From Macrostomum lignano (taxonomy: Eukaryota), in contig NIVC01001791.1 of assembly GCA_002269645.1 (NCBI GenBank), positions 1 to 64,000 on the forward strand: a stretch of DNA of 64,000 bases. Reading direction: 5' to 3'. The translations under genes were made by a program, and so were the position numbers. The notes below the pieces were generated by a model. The model saw nothing but the letters and a program-made list of their open reading frames with translations, had not been told where the DNA came from and ran no database searches. This document shows, piece by piece, positions 58,001 through 64,000 of the stretch (within the stretch, counting starts at the first letter, position 1; every line of letters starts with the position of its first letter).

Positions 58001-60076
58001 TAGTACACGCGCCGCACCAGTGGGTCGAAGGCCTGACCACCGTGCTTGCTAAAGTGATGCGCAGGCCCAGATCGCACTTCCGAGCGGTTTGCCCTCGCCT
58101 TGGAGGAGGTTTCGGTGGAAAGTTAATAATGGTAAGCAAATGAACAAGATTCTTCGAGTTAAGCTTCATTCTCAGACGCATTTTAGATATACACTCGTTT
58201 ATCTCAACCGAAAATTTTAAGGTCGACCACGTGGCCTCGGTGTGTGCTATCGCATGCGAGCTGAAGCATCGTCCATGCACCATGTTCATGAGGCTGGACA
58301 CCCTTGCCCAGTTTGAGCAGAAACGTCCAACCGTGCTAGCCAAGTACAAGGCCGGCGCTACATCCGATGGTCAACTCATGAGCGTTCACTGGAACAATGC
58401 AGTTGACGCCGGAGTCTCCTGCAACTTTATCGCGATGATTGGCCCAGAAATCAACTCCGGCCTGGACCAAGGCTACTATGTGCCGACGTTCAAGACTGAT
58501 CTGATGTACGTTCGAACGAACAAGCCCGGCGCCACTGCCGTTCGCTCGCCTGGATCCGCTCCAGCTACGATTATCAATTTGCTCATGATGGATCACATGG
58601 CGCATGGCCTTAAAATGGATCCCATTGAGTTTAAGCGACGCAACCTGTACCAAGCTGGGCAGGTGAGTAAACTGGTGATGAGTAAATTACTACCAAATAG
58701 AAATTTCGTGTCTGAAAGCATACAGAATTTAAAAAATTGTCTGTAATTTTTAAAATTTGGCAGGTTGACCAGCATGGAGTAAAGCGAGTCAACGACAACC
58801 TGCCGAAAATGTGGGACGAACTCTACGCCGAAGCCAATATTGAGGAACGCAGGAACGCCATCGAAAAGTTTAATAAGGTAGACGTAAACCACCAATAGTT
58901 ACTGTATGACTTCGAAAGTATTTTGCAAAATATGAGTAGTAAACAACAATTGAATGAACAAACTTTCAGGAGAACAAGTACAAAAAGCGAGGACTGGACA
59001 TTTCTGGCATTTCGTACCACATTGGCTACGACAGGTTCGGTGTTTCAGAAGTTGACCTGACGGTGCACATGGACGGCAGCATCTCCATTGTGCATAGCGG
59101 ACACGAAATGGGTCAGGGACTGACTACTAAGGTTGCTCAAGCGGTTGTCGCTCAGCTGGCCGAGTTTGGCGCCACACTCGACATGGTGAAGGCCAAACCG
59201 ACCGACACTATGATGTTGCCACAGATGGACATCACTGGTGGCAGCGCTACCAGCGAGCTCAACGCCATGGCTGCCAAAGTGGCGGCTGATCAAATTAAGG
59301 AGCGCCTGTTGCCGGTCAAGGAGACAAAACCGGAAGCTGGTTGGAATGAGTTGGTGGTGACCGCCATCATGTCTGGCGTACTTTTGAAGGCGTTTGGAAC
59401 GTAAGTATCTCGGGATAATTTTTTTGGCTGACCTTGATTGGTTCTGCAATGTGCATTAATATTGTTAGACATCAGACATCGCATCTTCACGCCTCTACAA
59501 TATCGCTTATCGTCAATCTATTCCAGTTACAGGAGCAAGAATCAGGAGGGCCAGCACGCTAGATACGTCAGCACTGGAGTAGGTGCGGCCGAGGTGGAGG
59601 TGGACATCCTCACTGGCGAGTACGTCGTCCTGCGCTCGGACATCACGATGGACATCGGCAAGAGCCTCAACCCTGGCGTGGACATTGGCCAGATCGAGGG
59701 CGCCTACGTGTTCGGCATGGGTTACTACCTGACCGAGAGAACCGTGTACGACTCCGACACCGGGCGAAACCTGGCCGACGGTACCTGGAACTATAAGCCG
59801 CCGCAGGCTGCCGACGTGCCGCGCGACTTCCGCGTCCGCCTAATGAAGAAGCCGGGAGACACCGACAGCGTGTTCAGCACCAAGGCGATCGGGGAGCCGC
59901 CGTTCGGTCTGGCGGCCACCTGCGTCACCGCCATCAAGAGAGCGATTGAAGCCTTCCGGAAGCAGCAGGGAAAGCCGGACGTGAACCTGACGTTCGAGCT
60001 GCCGCTGACGCCGGCCCGGGTGCTCCAGCTGTGCGAGGTCGGCGCCAAGGACAGGAAGTTCGATACCGTCGAGTAA
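55004..60076 (+). CDS. Xanthine oxidase-family molybdo-flavoenzyme, aldehyde-oxidase-like; 14 exons, 1281 aa
   Basis: Exons 55004-55052, 55140-55309, 55409-55720, 55821-56078, 56165-56566, 56660-56770, 56853-56919, 57006-57388, 57481-57572, 57666-58131, 58222-58662, 58764-58877, 58970-59400 and 59527-60076 are phase-consistent (3846 nt). 2Fe-2S motifs CREGGCGCC, TQCGFCSPG, GNICRCTGY. FAD motif LVCGNTSAG. Moco motifs GGGFGGK, EMGQG, DIGQIEG, KAIGEPP. Confidence 0.94.
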
Positions 60077-63000
60077 TGAAACCGCTCAGAGCTTTTCACG
60101 CTCGGATGAAACAATTAAATACGATTCTAAATGCTCTTACAATGTGGCTCTAGATTATTTAATCCAATTAGTTAGTAGATTAATCATCAGAACATTTTTA
60201 GAAACTCTTTCAAGCCTAATTCTTATGGCGCTTCGTAGTGTATACCTTCAATAAATAACTTTGATTAATCACTACAGTACGAGAACGTTGGTCTATACAA
60301 AGATATTTTAAAAGTCTATTTTAAAAGTACGCTCTATCCATAATCCCTTTGAGGTGGCGACGCACTCCTAAAAAATTACACTCCTCAGTTAAATTGCCTA
60401 AAATCTAGGAGTGAGTTATTTCCTATAAAGTTGTAATTTTTACCAGAGAAACTTTGAAAAAATACGCTTTAATTACCACTGATTAAACTACGGTATTTGT
60501 GCATCTTTTTTATTTATTACAAAATAGAACAAAAGGCTGTGCTCAGTTGATTAATTTCAGTTGTTGTTAGGACAACCAAAATGGCTTCTTGAGTTACTTA
60601 TTTTATCTTTAGCTATTGTGGCCATATCTTGAGAATTAGAGAATTAGCGGAGGTTGATAACCTCCAATGACGGAAGAACGCCTGCGGTGATGGAGAAACC
60701 TCTTTTAATGACGGAGATGCAAACTCAAGTGACGGAGATGCTCTGTGAGGTTGCGCTTGATTTTTGCCGTCGGGGGTTGAGGCTGCTCTTTTATTACTTT
60801 TGTGACAGTGTATTTCGTAGAAGTGTGTACCGTATTTCCTTATCTCGCATTCATGCCGTACTGCTTGTATTCTTTTATTTATTTTAACAATATTCCATAC
60901 GTATTATTATCGCGCTTATGTTACTGCTAAATGTTTTGTTTTTTGTAGCCTCGTATGTATTTATTTTATTATTTGTATTTCATTCTATCGTTATTATTTC
61001 ACGTAAAGTAGTTCTACCTATGTACATGTACTGATACATGTATGATATTCTTATGATATTCTTGCACGATATATTTTATCGATTAATTTGTACATTCACA
61101 TTGCGCGTGGGGGCTTGTCTGGCTTTTGGATTAGGGGTGTTGTTGTTATCTGTTTACCTACCAATTAAATATATGCTTACTCTACAGTCAGCGGCCGCTC
61201 TCGCCCTTCCCTCCCTCGTTGCTTCGCTTCTCGCTCTAGGCTCGCGAACCCCTTAGCTATCCGGCCTCCTTGCCTCAACTCTCCCGCCGCCTACCTCGGC
61301 CCACCAGCCAATCAACTGAATCCCGATCTTTGCAAGGCATAACGCTTCAAAGTAACGCTAAGGGTGAAAGTGGCTTGCCGATCTGCTAAATCTAAATCGT
61401 GAACTATCCAATTAACCGCGCTACACAACCGCTTTACTCGGTGCGTGCCCGCCACACCAGTTGGGTGAGTCATTTTAACCTTTGTATCGCTGGTTATATA
61501 ATCGGTCCTCATTTATCAAAGTATGTAACTCAAATATGCGAAAAACTCAAAATCTAAAAATTCCAGGTGGTCACACTCTATTTTTAAGACCACGAAAACA
61601 ACGAATGATCATTTTTGCAACAATTAAATTTAGAACTCCGGGACTTCTTGAACTTTAGGTACGTAGAATACTTCCGATTTTCCGATTTTGCTAAAACTTT
61701 TGCCAGAGTCTTAATTAGAGGCTGTCCAAAATGATAAAATAATAAAGCAAATAAAACTGCAAAAAATTACTGTCAGAGTTAACAGGAGCTCAATTTGTTA
61801 ATCCCCTATGTAATTAATGATAATTCGATGCAAGCAGTTTCGGAGAATTGTATGTTTGAAAATTAAACTTTTTTAGAATCATGGCTCTCAAACATAAATA
61901 TTGTCTAAAATTTCTACAAAAATTGAAATTGAATGAAAATCTTAAATCTCCTAAATGAATTTATTGTAAAAAACATTTAGGAGGTTAAATTTTTAACTCC
62001 AATAAAAGGAGTGTCTATTCTAATTTATCTTCACTCAGTCTGTTATAGTGCACCAAAAGTGCTACATTTAAATTAGTGTTTTAAAAAAAATGCTGACTCA
62101 CGGTTTGCCACCGCCCTTGCCTCCTGCTTTTGATTCGCTATTGTTCTCTCATGGTTGTGACTAGCTGTACATTCTTTAAATGTTTACCTATACTTAATTT
62201 CTACTAATCTGCGTTATCTTCTCTATTCTGAAAGGTAATTATAGCTGCTGATATCAATTACTTTGATAAGATTATAATTTTTTCTCAATGGAAGTGTTTG
62301 ATAACTTGCTGAAAGTTTTTATTTAAGCTTCATTACATTTCACTCTGGAACCCTCAGTCTCCGAATTTATCTACCTTATCTACAATAGACCCCCATGCCT
62401 CTATTGAAGTTTAGGTAGGTAAAATCAATCCCGATGAAGATTCTCCCTACCCTAAACCCCCATTCCCCATGTCTTAATGGTTGGTGGTTATTGGCCATCC
62501 CCCCCTCATTAGACCCCCTTTTTAAGTAGATAAAATCAATTCCCATGAAGATTCTTCCCACCCTAAAACCCCCCATTCTCCATGTCCCGGTGGTTGGCTT
62601 TAAGCTACAAAAAATTAAGCTCAAATTTGAAATCAACACCATAAAAAACCCATATAGAGACAAAATTATGATCCTATCAAAATTGTAACTATTTTATCTA
62701 CCTAAAGTTCAAGAAGTCTGAACTCCGAATATGGTATTTGATGCTTGAACTCTATTGTATTCGCGAAAATTCTATTTAATTTTCCAAGGGTCAAATTCCA
62801 AAAAGCGAAACCGCAACCTACCCAAAATAACCTGTTTCTCACAAGATTTTCCTATAAATAAAAGCCAAAATCCGAGCTAAAAATCTCCGACTCGGAGCAG
62901 CCTCTGAAGATCTTGAGCTTACTGCAGAAGCTAATCGAGGCTGCATCTTTGAGGAAGACGAATACCAATTGGTAAGCCGTGTTTGAGCCTTTGTTATTGA

Positions 63001-63537
63001 TTGATTGAGAGCGATTTTATTGCCGGCCGTTACTGATCAGTTGATTTAACTAAGTTTATTGAATTTGAGGCCTCCCCTTTTTCTAAGGGATTGGATAGGA
63101 TCTGCGGACCGATTCCGATACCCTTAGAGGATTATCGATTGATTGATTTGGATTATCCTAGAGTAACCGATAGGAGCACACGACTCCGATTCCGTTAGTT
63201 ATAGAAGACGCCCTGTCTGGAGGACCTCGTGTTGTTATAGAAAATTGACTTTGTTATTAGGGCGCATCGTTAATATTAATTTCTGCACTCGAGGAACATA
63301 TTGATTTCTGCACTCAAGGAATACTGCGACGTCGACGGATTAAATTGTTACGCTCTCACTTTCGGCCGATTTTAGAATTCAAAAGAAGACAACTTCGGAG
63401 GAAGAAGATTCGAACAAACGAGCTCGGAGAACCTGGCCAACAAAGAAGAGGAGCCCGCATTAGTAAGTGATCACTGAATTCTGTTCCCAGGCTTAGGTTC
63501 TGTAAGTGGGAGTTCGTGCGATTAGACACTAGACATA

Positions 63538-64000
<463 letters not shown>

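Noticed and set aside
61312-61512. 66-aa minus-strand ORF as a possible degenerate GIY-YIG
   Set aside because: It lacks the YxG and conserved Arg/Glu pattern, so the support is too weak.
62895-62945. CTGAAGA followed by a hairpin as a possible hammerhead
   Set aside because: It lacks the GAAA core after the stem. The surrounding 62830-63350 region may be an LTR or promoter (TATA-like at ~62851), but I could not define its ends.

Overview
Eukaryotic, repeat-rich genomic DNA with spliceosomal GT-AG introns and TTAGGG-type repeats. It is probably from an invertebrate; the style resembles a free-living flatworm such as Macrostomum, but that is inference only. Gene models were built by hand with splice phases checked. 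Minus strand: the first exon of an MTHFD1/FolD-like gene (3229-3263), a 6-exon D-amino-acid oxidase family gene (4746-10371), a 6-exon SLC7 L-type amino-acid transporter light chain (27007-35541) and a 2-exon atypical Rab (36187-38916). Plus strand: a 2-exon orphan single-pass membrane protein (23265-24796), an 8-exon EML/EMAP gene (44222-51486), tRNA-Pro(AGG) (53315-53386) and a 14-exon aldehyde-oxidase-like molybdo-flavoenzyme (55004-60076). Mobile DNA: a decayed Ty3/Gypsy provirus with a collapsed 40-bp 5' LTR and a GGGAAAC -1 frameshift signal, a decayed I-group LINE with RNase H, a LINE 3' fragment sitting in a (CTA)n tract, a Penelope GIY-YIG fragment, two hAT MITEs with 8-bp TSDs, and several small foldback elements. 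The best leads are a candidate Penelope-type minimal hammerhead ribozyme (~20303-20348) and a recurring overlap between tandem repeats and splice signals: an intron that is almost pure (CTA)n, a tandemly duplicated 5' splice site, and inverted repeats flanking one exon. Most long ORFs in the supplied track are artefacts of tandem repeats.
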